DNA of 64,000 nt from an uncultured Bacillota bacterium (GCA_963823655.1 CAWGMK010000012.1:74611-138610), one strand, 5' to 3'; shown: positions 39,850 through 49,751, counted from the first letter of the stretch. Translations and numbers: made by a program. The notes: generated from the letters alone by a model not told the origin.

Positions 39850-40946
39850 ATGCTACAAAGCAAGGGAATGAAAAGCATATGGCTGGTCGCGGCGCTGCTG
39901 GTGGTAGGGGCGTCCCTTTGGGCTACGCTTTCCACCGGGCACATGGAGAAGCACGGCAGGTATGAGGATATGCTAGCTGCTGCGAACAAGATGATCGAGG
40001 CAACTGAAGCAGTAAAGGGCATGAGGCTGGGCCTGGGCATTGCGATTAGCAACGAGGACGATCCGAACTGCGACTGGGATAATCGGGCAGGAGCTCACCG
40101 ATATTACGACAACGGTGGGCAATCTTCAATCCAAGAGGACGTCCACGAACCCGGACTTCGCGGCCCTTACGGTGAGATACTTCGACGAGCTGGGGCTAGT
40201 AGCAGGGGGATAAGGTCGCGGTGGGGGCTTCAGGCTCCTTCCCGGGGATAATACTGTCGGTGCTTTCGGCGTGCTATGTTACCGGCGTTGAGCCGATCAT
40301 TATTCCTTCCATCGGCGCTTCCGAATACGGGGCAAATGTGCCGGGCGTCACATCGGTTGAGATGATAGACGGTCTGAGGGCGGCAGGGGTGTTCGACTAT
40401 GTGCCTGCGGCCATTTCGCTTGGCGGGGCAGGGGACACGGGGGCGGGCGGGATAATCGCAGATGCAGAGCCCATATTAAGAGGCATCGCCGAGAGGTCGG
40501 GGCACAGGATAATCGAGCCCGTGGACGCTGTGGACAGCATAGGGCAGCGCCTGGCGATTTATGAAGCGATGGGGGAAATGAAGGCGTTTATAAACATAGG
40601 GGGAGCGGAGCCCAACTTCGGCTCGACGTCGGCATCGCTCGAGTTTTCAAACGGCTTAGTGCTGAAGCCTCCGGTGAAGGTGAATTCCCCTGATATGGGG
40701 CTCATATATGAGTACAGCAACCGAGGGGTGCCGGTGATACACTTCCTTGACATAAAGGGCCTGGCGATAAAGAGCGGCATACCGGTGGACCCGATACCGC
40801 TGCCGGAGCCGGGCACCAGTATGGTATATTACCAGAAGGAATACAGCAAGTTGCTGGCGGCGATCGGGCTCATAGCAGGGTTTGCGATGCTGGGGCTGCC
40901 GGTGTTGCTAAACAGGTGGAGGGCAATTGGCAAAAGGCAGGGTTGA
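39850..40946 (+). CDS. Poly-gamma-glutamate system protein (PgsW-like), two apparent frameshifts
   Basis: ..TGIIGQELTDITTTVGNLQSKRTSTNPDFAAL.. lies in a third frame between about 40070 and the G5 run 40205-40209, then ..DKVAVGASGSFPG.. Confidence 0.6.
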
Positions 40947-41895
40947 GCTGACTAGGACGAGGAGGATGGTCCTTCTCGCCATGCTTCTGGCGCTGGGGGT
41001 GGGCCTTCACGCGCTTGAGGCGGTCATTCCCGTGCCCATAGCGCTGCCGGGCGCAAAGCTGGGTATCGCCAACATCGTCACGCTCGTCTGTCTTTATGCG
41101 CTAGGCCCCGTAAACGCGATCTTCCTCGCGGTGGCCAGGGTTCTTCTGGGAAGCCTTGTTACTGGCACATTCGGCTCGACGGCGTTCTTCATGGCGATGT
41201 CGGGGGCGGTCGGCAGCGGGCTCATGATGGCGGCATTCAGGGCTGTCACAGGTAGGAAGGGCAAGCTGATAGCAGCCTGCTCCATGGTGGGGGCGGTCTC
41301 GCACAACGTGTTCCAGCTGGGGATGTTCATGCTGATATCGGGCACTTCCAAGGTGTTCGTCATGCTGCCTTATCTTCTGGCAGTCGCCCTTCCCACCGGT
41401 TACTTCACCGGCCTTGCCGGAGTCTACGCATTCCTTGCCATTAGGCGCATGCCCGGCTTCAAGCTGAAGGGCGAGGAGCTTTCGGCAGCTTACGGAAGGC
41501 GCTCGCTTATTGGCACTGCCGCCGTCATGGTGCTGCTGGGGCTTCTGGCATGGGGCGCCATAGTGCTGTCCGACAGGATGGCGCAGGCGAGAGTCGGGTC
41601 TGAGGGCGGCATGTATATTGAGATAAAGAAGTTCAGCCTGGGCTCCGAAAGAGGGGAGCCCGCAGCAAGTTACCCCTGGCCGCCCGTCCCCGGGCAGATA
41701 GCGGAAGGGCAGTTCAGCCTGGCCGGGAGAATTGGGGAATCCGTGCTTGAATATGACGAGGAGCTGGGGATACGTTTCATTTCATCGCCCTGCCCGGACA
41801 AGCTGTGCGTGAAGCACGGCTGGGTTAACGACGAGATGGACCTTGCGGCATGCCTTCCTAACGGCCTTGTGGTGACTGTTGAGGGCGGAAAGTAA
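40927..41895 (+). CDS. Gx transporter family membrane domain fused to a NusG domain II-like C-terminus
   Basis: ..LPGAKLGIANIVTL..SHNVFQLG.. (Gx transporter pattern) followed by ..SSPCPDKLCVKHGWV..CLPNGLVVTV.. (NusG_II pattern). Confidence 0.65.
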   Translation: MAKGRVELTRTRRMVLLAMLLALGVGLHALEAVIPVPIALPGAKLGIANIVTLVCLYALGPVNAIFLAVARVLLGSLVTGTFGSTAFFMAMSGAVGSGLMMAAFRAVTGRKGKLIAACSMVGAVSHNVFQLGMFMLISGTSKVFVMLPYLLAVALPTGYFTGLAGVYAFLAIRRMPGFKLKGEELSAAYGRRSLIGTAAVMVLLGLLAWGAIVLSDRMAQARVGSEGGMYIEIKKFSLGSERGEPAASYPWPPVPGQIAEGQFSLAGRIGESVLEYDEELGIRFISSPCPDKLCVKHGWVNDEMDLAACLPNGLVVTVEGGK

Positions 41896-41942
41896 GTAAT
41901 AAGTAAGAAGACATGGGAAATTGCTGGCAATAAGGATTGGAA

Positions 41943-41980
41943 CAGGCCCGGACCTTGATGATGTCCGGGCCTGTATTATA
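41943..41980. terminator. Rho-independent terminator between convergent genes
   Basis: CAGGCCCGGAC / GTCCGGGCCTG stem followed by TATTATAT. Confidence 0.7.
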
Positions 41981-42027
41981 TGAATCAGTGATGAAATGCG
42001 CTTATTGGGCTCCAAATCCGCCTCAGA

Positions 42028-42219
42028 TTAAGCATCAGTCTTTTCTTTGAATTCCTCAGGAACGTATTTGCCGCTCTTGTTTCGCTGGCGGACGCATTCG
42101 GTCAGCAGATACTCGATCTGCCCGTTGACTGAGCGAAAGTCAGCTTGAGCCCAGGCTTCGATCTGCTCGTACAGGCGGGCAGAAAGGCGCAAAGGAACCT
42201 GTTTCCTCCCGCCGTCCAT
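42028..42219 (-). CDS. Ribbon-helix-helix (Arc/CopG-like) DNA-binding protein
   Basis: 63 aa; ..[32 protein letters not shown].., a typical RHH beta-alpha-alpha pattern. Confidence 0.65.
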   Translation of the reverse strand: MDGGRKQVPLRLSARLYEQIEAWAQADFRSVNGQIEYLLTECVRQRNKSGKYVPEEFKEKTDA

Positions 42220-42220
42220 G

Positions 42221-43246
42221 TTAGTACAGGCTGCCGCTGTTCACAACGGGCTGGGCGTCCCTGTTGCCACACAGCACGACAAGCAAGTTGGACACCATGG
42301 CTGCCTTGCGCTCATCATCCAGTTCGACTATATGGTTTGCGCTGAGCTTCTGAAGGGCCAGCTCCACCATGCCGACCGCGCCGTCGACGATCATCTTCCT
42401 TGCGTCGATTATCGCGCTTGCCTGCTGGCGCTGCAGCATAACGGCTGCAATCTCCTGCGCATATGCCAGGTAGGTTATCCGGGCTTCAATTATCTCAAGG
42501 CCGGCATCTTGCACCTTGGAGTGTATCTCGGCCCTGATGCGCTCAGCCACCACGCCGCTTGAACCGCGCAGGCTGCCCTCGTCAGGCTGGCCGTCGCCGG
42601 TCGTGTCGACATTGGGGGCGATATCATAAGGATAGATGCGCACGATGTTGCGAAGGGCGCTGTCGCACTGCAGCGACAGGTACTCCTTATAGTTGTCCAC
42701 ATTGAAGACGGCCTTAGCGGTATCTACCACACGCCACATGACGGCTATGCCGATATCCACGGGATTGCCCAGGGTATCGTTGACTTTCTGCCTTGCGTTG
42801 TTGAGGGTCATCACTTTCAGCGATATGCTCTTGCTGCCCATGGCTTCCATCGCTTCAGCGCCATTGGCCGCCGTCCGGACGTCTTTGCGCCCATGCCCGT
42901 TGTCTACATCCCCGCTTTGCCCAAGCCTGGTCTTCGCGGCGGGGTTTATAGCCGAGCTGAAGGGGTGCACGTAGAAGAAGCCAGAATCCTTGAGCGTGCC
43001 CAAATACTTGCCGAAGAGCGTTAGCACAAGGGCTTCATTAGGCCTTACGATTTTCAGCCCTATGAACGGGATGAATCCGATTGTGAGCCAAATGACGCCA
43101 AAAACCATGGCCAAAGTGCCGAAGCCATTGCCGGCCTCAAGCAGAACGCCGCCATATATGACCGAAGCAATCGCCAGTAAGTAGAGCACTATTCCACCTA
43201 TTAAAACAGGCATGCCCTGCCTGGCTTTGAGAACCTTTTCCTGCAT
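42221..43246 (-). CDS. SPFH (band 7/stomatin-like) domain membrane protein
   Basis: Two N-terminal TM helices, then ..[16 protein letters not shown].. and ..[20 protein letters not shown].. Confidence 0.8.
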   Translation of the reverse strand: MQEKVLKARQGMPVLIGGIVLYLLAIASVIYGGVLLEAGNGFGTLAMVFGVIWLTIGFIPFIGLKIVRPNEALVLTLFGKYLGTLKDSGFFYVHPFSSAINPAAKTRLGQSGDVDNGHGRKDVRTAANGAEAMEAMGSKSISLKVMTLNNARQKVNDTLGNPVDIGIAVMWRVVDTAKAVFNVDNYKEYLSLQCDSALRNIVRIYPYDIAPNVDTTGDGQPDEGSLRGSSGVVAERIRAEIHSKVQDAGLEIIEARITYLAYAQEIAAVMLQRQQASAIIDARKMIVDGAVGMVELALQKLSANHIVELDDERKAAMVSNLLVVLCGNRDAQPVVNSGSLY

Positions 43247-43271
43247 ATCATCCTACCTCCCTATATCTTAG

Positions 43272-43296
43272 TAATATCATAATGATATCATAATCG
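43272..43296 (-). promoter_or_regulatory. Tandem/palindromic ATGATAT repeats upstream of the SPFH gene (candidate operator overlapping -10-like elements)
   Basis: The minus strand reads CGATTATGATATCATTATGATATTA and contains the perfect palindrome ATGATATCAT. Confidence 0.4.
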
Positions 43297-43344
43297 CGAC
43301 GATACGGATTGTCAAATGGGGGTTAGAGGTTTATTTTGCGACAT

Positions 43345-43381
43345 GGATATAAGAAGGCCCGGATCATCAAAATCCGGGCCT
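43345..43381 (-). terminator. Rho-independent terminator of the catalase gene
   Basis: AGGCCCGGAT / ATCCGGGCCT stem followed on the minus strand by TCTTATAT. Confidence 0.7.
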
Positions 43382-43409
43382 GAGCTTAGCCTATAGTGTC
43401 AAAGCTTCG

Positions 43410-44873
43410 TTATTTGACTTCGCTTAGAGGTATTCCAAGGGCTTTGGCAACGCCCTTGCCGTATGCGGGGTCCGCCTTCAGGCAGTTGCCGATGTGCCTC
43501 AGCTTGATCTCCTTCGGGGCGTCGCCCATGGCCCTTGCCGTGTTCTCGAAGAGGACCTTCTGCTGCGCTGGGCTCATCAGCCTGAACAGCTTGCCGGGCT
43601 GGGTGTAATAGTCATCGTCGTCCTCGCGGAAGTCCCAGTTGTAGGCGTCACCGTAGAGCTTCAGCACCGGCTCGTTGAACTTGGGCTGCTCCTGCCACTT
43701 GCCGTAGCTGTTGGGCTCGTAGCCTATGGTGGAGCCGGCGTTGGAGTTGACCCTCATCTGGCCGTCCCTGTGGTAGCTGTTGACCGGGCAGCGGGGGGCG
43801 TTCACCGGTATCTGGTGGTGGTTTACGCCGAGCCTGTAGCGCTGCGCGTCGCCGTAGGAGAAGAGCCTTCCGTGGAGCATCTTGTCGGGGGAGAAGCCTA
43901 TGCCGGGGACGATGTTCGCCGGGTTGAAGGCCGCCTGCTCGACTTCTGCGAAGTAGTTCTCGGGGTTGCGGTTAAGCTCGAAGTAGCCGACCTCGATGAG
44001 GGGGAACTCCTTCTTGAACCACACCTTGGTCAGGTCGAATGGGTTGTAGGGCATCTTGAGCGCCTGCTCCTCGGTCATGACCTGGATGAACATCTTCCAG
44101 CGCGGGAACTCGCCGCGGTCTATGGCCTCCAAAAGGTCCTTCTGGTGGCTTTCGCGGTCCTTGGCCACGATGGCCTCGGCCTGCTGGTCGGTCAGGGTCT
44201 TGATGCCCTGCTGGCATACAAGGTGGAACTTCACCCAGACGCGCTCGTTCTTGGCGTTGATCATGCTGAAGGTGTGGCTGCCGAAGCCGTGCATGTGCCT
44301 GTAGGAAAGGGGAATGCCCCTGTCGCTCATGGTGATGGTCACCTGATGCAAGGCCTCAGGCAGCGAGCTCCAGAAGTCCCAGTTGTTCTTCGCGCTTCTC
44401 ATATTGGTCCTGGGGTCGCGCTTTACCGCGTGGTTGAGATCGGGGAACTTGAGGGGGTCTCTCAGGAAGAAGACGGGCGTGTTGTTGCCCACCAGGTCCC
44501 AGTTGCCCTCCTCGGTGTAGAACTTCATCGCGAAGCCGCGTATGTCGCGCTCTGCGTCTGCCGCGCCGCGCTCGCCTGCCACTGTTGAGAAGCGGACGAA
44601 CATGTCGGTCTGCTTGCCGATTTTGGAGAAGATCGCAGCCTTCGAGTACTTGGTGATGTCGTGCGTGACGGTGAATGTGCCGTAGGCGCCTGAGCCTTTG
44701 GCGTGCATCCTGCGCTCGGGGATTACTTCCCTGTCGAAATGGGCGAGCTTCTCAAGAAACCAAACATCCTGAAGCAGCATGGGGCCTCTTGGGCCCGCGG
44801 TCTTGGCGTTCTGGTTGTCGGCCACCGGCGCTCCGGCGACTGTCGTCAGCTTCTCCTTCTTCACCTTGTCCAT
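43410..44873 (-). CDS. katA: Monofunctional heme catalase
   Basis: 487 aa; ..[20 protein letters not shown].. catalase active-site signature. Confidence 0.95.
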   Translation of the reverse strand: MDKVKKEKLTTVAGAPVADNQNAKTAGPRGPMLLQDVWFLEKLAHFDREVIPERRMHAKGSGAYGTFTVTHDITKYSKAAIFSKIGKQTDMFVRFSTVAGERGAADAERDIRGFAMKFYTEEGNWDLVGNNTPVFFLRDPLKFPDLNHAVKRDPRTNMRSAKNNWDFWSSLPEALHQVTITMSDRGIPLSYRHMHGFGSHTFSMINAKNERVWVKFHLVCQQGIKTLTDQQAEAIVAKDRESHQKDLLEAIDRGEFPRWKMFIQVMTEEQALKMPYNPFDLTKVWFKKEFPLIEVGYFELNRNPENYFAEVEQAAFNPANIVPGIGFSPDKMLHGRLFSYGDAQRYRLGVNHHQIPVNAPRCPVNSYHRDGQMRVNSNAGSTIGYEPNSYGKWQEQPKFNEPVLKLYGDAYNWDFREDDDDYYTQPGKLFRLMSPAQQKVLFENTARAMGDAPKEIKLRHIGNCLKADPAYGKGVAKALGIPLSEVK

Positions 44874-44886
44874 TTATTGGCCTCCT

Positions 44887-45308
44887 TCATTCGTCTTTAC
44901 TTGAACAATCGCTGCATTTACCCCTGAAATAAACATCTTTGGAATTTACTTTGAACCCGTCGAGCCCTCCGGCTTTGAAATCCTCAACATTGATCTGGAA
45001 GTTGTAGATGCGCCCGCATTCATCGCATTTGAAGTGCCCGTGGCTTTCGGTCGTCGCGTCGAACCTCGCCTCTTTGTCCTCTATGCTAATCTCCCTTGCG
45101 AGGCCCGCCTCCACTAAGGCATATAGGGCATTGTAGACCGTAGCTTTGGATAAGGGACGGCAGCTCCTTAGCCAGGGCTTTGTAGATCTCATCGGCGGTC
45201 GGGTGCCTCTCGCCGCAGCAGAGGTACTCGAGAACCCTTATGCGCTGTTGGGATGCGCGAAGCCCCTTTTCGGCCAGCTTCTCATATAGATCTGCTGTAA
45301 TCGCCCAT
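44887..45308 (-). CDS. perR: Fur-family peroxide regulator PerR, two apparent frameshifts
   Basis: ..ATVYNALYALVEAGL.., ..HGHFKCDECG.. and ..CSDC. The N-terminus ..AITADLYEKLAEKGLRASQQRIRVLEYL.. is recovered by shifts at CCC 45304-45306 and about 45150. Confidence 0.75.
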
Positions 45309-45351
45309 CTAGAGGTGCCTTCTTCCGAAGTAAATTATATTTGTTATTATA

Positions 45352-45366
45352 TTGTAATGATTATAA
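45352..45366. promoter_or_regulatory. PerR/Fur-type 7-1-7 box
   Basis: TTGTAATGATTATAA versus the PerR consensus TTATAATNATTATAA (1 mismatch), in the perR/45503 divergent intergenic region. Confidence 0.6.
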
Positions 45367-45502
45367 TTTATTATCCCATTTGAAAGTCGGGGTGTCAATG
45401 TCAGAGGGGGATTGCACGAAGCCTCTCATCCTCCATAAAACCTCCACATTTGATATGTAAGATGAAACCAGAGACCAAGAAAAATAAGGAGGAACAACAT
45501 TA

Positions 45503-46093
45503 ATGAAGAGATTTGGCGTAATGGCATTGGTTCTGGCAATGGTAGCCGTTGCCGCAATGGGAATCTACGTAGCAGCAGCAGATGAAGCGCCCGGCATGCA
45601 GCAGGGCAAGCCCGCGGCAGTAGTCGCACCGGTAGCCCAGGCTCAGGCCTTCACATACAAGCACCCCCTCGAGATCCTGGCGGAAGTCTCCGGCAAGAGC
45701 CTCGATGAGGTAAGGACGCTTGTAGCGGGCAAGGGCGTATGGGAAGTAGTCGAGGAGCTCAAAGTCGTTGACAAGTTCACCAAGGCTTTCTCGGATTACA
45801 AGCTCGCCATGGTAGATTATATGGTCAGCGTCGGCAAGGTAAGCAAGGAAGACGCGGCGGCCTTTAAAACAGAGTTTGCGGCAAAAGTAGCAGCCGGCGA
45901 GCTTGGCAAGGATTTTGCCGGCGAGTGCGGGCTTAACCTCGGTATGGGTGCCGGTCGCGGCATGATGGGCGGTCGCGGAGGCAACGGCGGTTGCGGCGGC
46001 TGCGGAATGAACGGTAACACCAATACTACAGGCAAGGGCTTCGGCGGCAACACTGTCCAGAGGCAGGGAATGATGGGCGGACGCTGGAACTAA
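45503..46093 (+). CDS. Secreted helical protein with Gly/Met/Cys-rich tail (DUF2680-like?)
   Basis: Signal peptide; AAGGAGG RBS; C-terminus ..GMGAGRGMMGGRGGNGGCGGCGMNGN.. Confidence 0.6.
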   Translation: MKRFGVMALVLAMVAVAAMGIYVAAADEAPGMQQGKPAAVVAPVAQAQAFTYKHPLEILAEVSGKSLDEVRTLVAGKGVWEVVEELKVVDKFTKAFSDYKLAMVDYMVSVGKVSKEDAAAFKTEFAAKVAAGELGKDFAGECGLNLGMGAGRGMMGGRGGNGGCGGCGMNGNTNTTGKGFGGNTVQRQGMMGGRWN

Positions 46094-46115
46094 GCTGACA
46101 GGATAACGGTTCTTT

Positions 46116-46149
46116 GGCGGGGTCTCGTATGAGGCCCCGTCTTTTTTTG
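46116..46149 (+). terminator. Rho-independent terminator
   Basis: GGCGGGGTCTC / GAGGCCCCGTC stem followed by TTTTTTTG. Confidence 0.8.
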
Positions 46150-46284
46150 TCCTGGTGTAGAGCAGGGTGCAGCTCGTATGGAAGGGTTGCTGCCAAGGCT
46201 TGTGAAGTTATCAAGAAAGGCTTCCAGCTGCTTCCATTGTGCGAATGTTGTTGATTTTATTATTAAGAGGAATAGAATGAATGA

Positions 46285-48203
46285 GTGCCAAAGAAAGAAG
46301 ATGGCAATATGTCATTAGTAAAGGCATTCAAGAAGAGCTTAAGGGCAAAGATACTATTAGGGTACCTAATCATAATCGGCATCCTGATGTTGGTCAGCTT
46401 GTGGGTCATATTCAGCACTGTTGCGATAAACAGGGCTGTTGAAGACATCACCATCGACAGCTACAGAAGCCTTGCTGCCGTCCACGGCATGCTAAGCTCG
46501 CTGGACAAGCAGAACATGGCCCAGTCGGGCATGTTCATCGACGAGGAGTTCGAGGACAACGAACAGATCTACTGGCAGGCAGATAAGTCATTCAGGCTGA
46601 GCCTTGCACAAGCACAGAACAACATAACCTACCCGGGGAGTCCGAGGCGCTCTCTGAAGTGTCCGACCAATACGACCTATATTCCAGGAGCATGATCAAG
46701 ACGAGGACCTATATCCTCTCCGATAAGCTTGCAGAGGCTGCACTAGAGCATAGGACCGCCTCCGAGGCGTATGCTAAGATCACAAGCGCCCTGGAATCCC
46801 TTTACTCCATCAACCAGGACTATATGGAGAAATCCACCGACAACGCAAAGACGATTGCAGGCAGGGCCATAACTTCGGCTGTTGCAGTCAGCATAATCGG
46901 GCTAATCATTGCCCTTTATCTGGGCTATACCGTCTCCAATATAATAATCAGGCCCACTAAGATACTTACCGAGAGCGCAAAGAAGGTCGCACTCGGCGAG
47001 CTTGGCACGGTCGCAGACGTCGGCTCCGAGGACGAGATAGGCTCCCTTGCAAATGAGTTCAACATCATGACCAGAAAGCTCAGGGAGTACGACGAGGCCA
47101 ACATCGACAAGCTGGTTACCGAGCAGCGCAAGTCGGAGGCGATAATCGGAAGCATCGCGGACCCGATAATCGTCCTGGATAAGTCCATGAGGTGCCTGAA
47201 AGTGAACAGGGCAGCGATGACTGCTTTCGGCCACGAGGGGCAGGAGGCGCTGGGCAAGCACATATTGGAGCTTATAGACGACCGCATCGCGCTTGAGACC
47301 GCGCAGAAATGCCTTGAGCGCAACCGGGTGCTATCGTTCAGCGGCACGAAGAGGATAATCAGCCTTCCGGACGGGGAGAAGCAGAAGTATTACAGGATAG
47401 AGGCGGCGCCTTTCGGAGACGTCGGCGACAGGCCCCAGGGCGTCATACTCTATTTCGCGGACGTGACCTACTTCAAGGAAGTCGACAAGCTCAAGACCGA
47501 TTTCGTCTCGACGGCCTCACATGAGTTCAGGACCCCGCTTGCATCCATGGTCATGGCGGTGGAGCTGCTCTTGGAGGAGAAGGCCGGCCCGCTTACCGAC
47601 AAGCAGAGGAAGCTGACCGGCATAGTCAGGGAGGACTGCTCAAGGCTTCAGGAGCTGGTAAGCGAGCTTCTGGACATCTCCAAGCTGGAGTCGGGCAAGA
47701 TGAGCTTCAACCTGGGGCCTGTGTCCTTGAATGAGGCCTTCACATCGGCTGCAGTCTCCCTGCTGCCCCTTTTCAAGGACAAGGACGTCGAGCTCATAGT
47801 CGACGATGCGGCGGATATGCCGCCGGTATATGCGGATTCGAAGAAGCTGTCGCTTGTGATCAGCAACCTGCTGTCCAACGCGCTAAGGTACACGGACGCG
47901 GGCGGCAGCGTGAAGATAAGCTCCGAGAACATGGGCTCTGTCGTCAGGATCGATATCGTCGACACGGGGATCGGCATACCTGAGAGCGTCCAGGCGAGGG
48001 TGTTCGAGAGGTTCTTCCAGATGCAAGGGGACGAGAAACACAGGGCGGGTGGCGCAGGCTTAGGCCTTGCCCTCGTCAAGGAGATAGTCGAGGCGATGGG
48101 CGGGAAAGTAGAGCTCAAAAGCAAAGAGGGGGAGGGCTCGAAGTTCAGCTTCACGCTCAATGCCATAAGCAAGCCGGACAGGATCGGTGGAGAGATTTCA
48201 TGA
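46285..48203 (+). CDS. Sensor histidine kinase (TM-sensor-HAMP-PAS-HisKA-HATPase), apparent frameshift
   Basis: H-box ASHEFRTPL; G-boxes ..DTGIGIP.. and ..GGAGLGLA.. The N-terminal ORF joins at CCCGGGG 46632-46638 (..PGESEALSEVSDQYD..). Confidence 0.85.
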
Positions 48204-48571
48204 AGAAGATACTGATTGCGGAAGATTCGCCAAATATTGCTGCCATGGTGGGCCTGTGCCTTGAAGACGAGGGCTATGCCGTGATTAGCCAGGAGGACGG
48301 CATAAACGCATTAAGGTCCATATATGACGATAAGCCGGACCTGGTGCTGCTGGACCTGGTGCTGCCCAGGATGAGCGGCCTTCTAATACTTAGGACTTTG
48401 AGGGAGAACCCGGCGACGAAGGATCTGCCGGTGATAGTAATAAGCGCAAAATCCCAGAAGGAAGACATACAGGAGGCATATGGCCAAGGGGCTGACGACT
48501 ATCTGGTCAAACCGTTTACGCCGGCTGAACTGCTAAGCCATATTTCAAGCCTCATTGGGGAGGGAAAATGA
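48200..48571 (+). CDS. Stand-alone response-regulator receiver protein
   Basis: 123 aa, receiver fold (..LLDLVLPRMSG..KPF..). ATGA overlap with the kinase stop. Confidence 0.85.
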   Translation: MKKILIAEDSPNIAAMVGLCLEDEGYAVISQEDGINALRSIYDDKPDLVLLDLVLPRMSGLLILRTLRENPATKDLPVIVISAKSQKEDIQEAYGQGADDYLVKPFTPAELLSHISSLIGEGK

Positions 48572-48975
48572 TGAACATACTCATAGTTGACGACGACAGG
48601 AACATCAGGGCGATGATCAGAGAGTGCCTCGAACAGGAGGGCACGTCCATCGACGAGGCTATAACAGGAGAGCAGGCGATAGACAAGGTGGACGCCGCTC
48701 CCAAGCCATATGACGTGGTCCTGCTCGATATGAAGATGCCCGGAATGGGCGGCATGCAGGCGCTCAGGCACATGAAGATCGCACACCCGGGGCTGCAAGT
48801 CGTGATGATCACAGCCTACGGCACGGTCGAGACGGCAGTCGAGGCGATAAAACTCGGCGCCGTCGACTACCTGAGGAAGCCGTTTACCCCCAATGCAGTA
48901 AGGGCGATCGTCCAGCAGGTGGCAGCAAGGCCGAAGCTTCCGACGGTGCGGCCGAGACCGACTACACGAAAGTGA
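48568..48975 (+). CDS. Stand-alone response-regulator receiver protein (NtrC-type receiver)
   Basis: 135 aa, ..VLLDMKMPGMGG..ITAYG..YLRKPF.. ATGA overlap upstream and GTGA overlap downstream. Confidence 0.8.
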   Translation: MMNILIVDDDRNIRAMIRECLEQEGTSIDEAITGEQAIDKVDAAPKPYDVVLLDMKMPGMGGMQALRHMKIAHPGLQVVMITAYGTVETAVEAIKLGAVDYLRKPFTPNAVRAIVQQVAARPKLPTVRPRPTTRK

Positions 48976-49262
48976 AGGCAAGCCGCGACGAGATGATATC
49001 CGCAGTGAAGAACCTGCTGGTATACGGGAAGGCCGAGGATGCCATGGCGCTGTTGCAGAGGATTGTCGGCGAAAACCCCGATGATCCGGAGGCATACAAC
49101 CTTCTGGGCCTTCTAATGGAGGTCAAGGGCGACATGCTGGCGGCGCAAAGGATGTACAGGGCGGCTTTGGGGCTGGATCCGACTTACGAACCTGCAAGGG
49201 AGAACCTGGCCAATACCACCGAGATGAAGTACAGGAGCCAGAACATACAGAAGATAAAGTAG
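48972..49262 (+). CDS. TPR-repeat protein
   Basis: 96 aa; ..PDDPEAYNLLGLLMEVKGDMLAAQRMYRAALGLDPTYEPAREN.. GTG start coupled to the upstream stop (or a fused C-terminus of the receiver if an indel is present). Confidence 0.55.
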   Translation: MKASRDEMISAVKNLLVYGKAEDAMALLQRIVGENPDDPEAYNLLGLLMEVKGDMLAAQRMYRAALGLDPTYEPARENLANTTEMKYRSQNIQKIK

Positions 49263-49316
49263 GAAGGCCGCGCGGTGGCCGATCCGCGCTTTTCGTAAGG
49301 ATTGAGGTGCAGACAT

Positions 49317-49751
49317 ATGTATATTGTAATCGCAGGCTGCGGCAGGCTGGGCTCCCACCTGGCAGCGTCCATGTCCGGCAAAGGGCATGATATTGCGATA
49401 ATTGACAGCGATTCTGGAAACTTCGCAAAGCTAGAGCCCGATTTCGACGGGATAACCATAACCGGCGTGCCGATAGACGAGGATGTCTTAAAGAAGGCCG
49501 GCATTGAAAAAGCTGATGTGCTCGCAGCCGTCACCAACGACGACAACTTGAATATCATGGCGGCGCAGATAGCCAGCAGGATATTCAAAGTAAAAAGCGT
49601 GTTCGTGCGCATCGGCGACCCGAAGAAAGAGGAGTTCTACAAGAGCAATTTCGGCCTGAATACACTCTCTTTGATCATGTTCGGCTCCGAATACATCGAG
49701 GACATGATAGAGGGGCATTCGAGCCTGCATGGCGAGGAGGGTGTACGTTGA
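49317..49751 (+). CDS. trkA: TrkA-N (RCK N-terminal, NAD-binding) domain protein
   Basis: MYIVIAGCGRLGS Rossmann motif; GAGGTG RBS. It lacks a TrkA-C domain. Confidence 0.75.
   Translation: MYIVIAGCGRLGSHLAASMSGKGHDIAIIDSDSGNFAKLEPDFDGITITGVPIDEDVLKKAGIEKADVLAAVTNDDNLNIMAAQIASRIFKVKSVFVRIGDPKKEEFYKSNFGLNTLSLIMFGSEYIEDMIEGHSSLHGEEGVR

Noticed and set aside
43494-44588. 364-aa plus-strand ORF.
   Set aside because: It lies entirely antisense to the unmistakable catalase gene and is a Val/Leu/Gly/His-rich low-complexity translation typical of GC-rich shadow ORFs.
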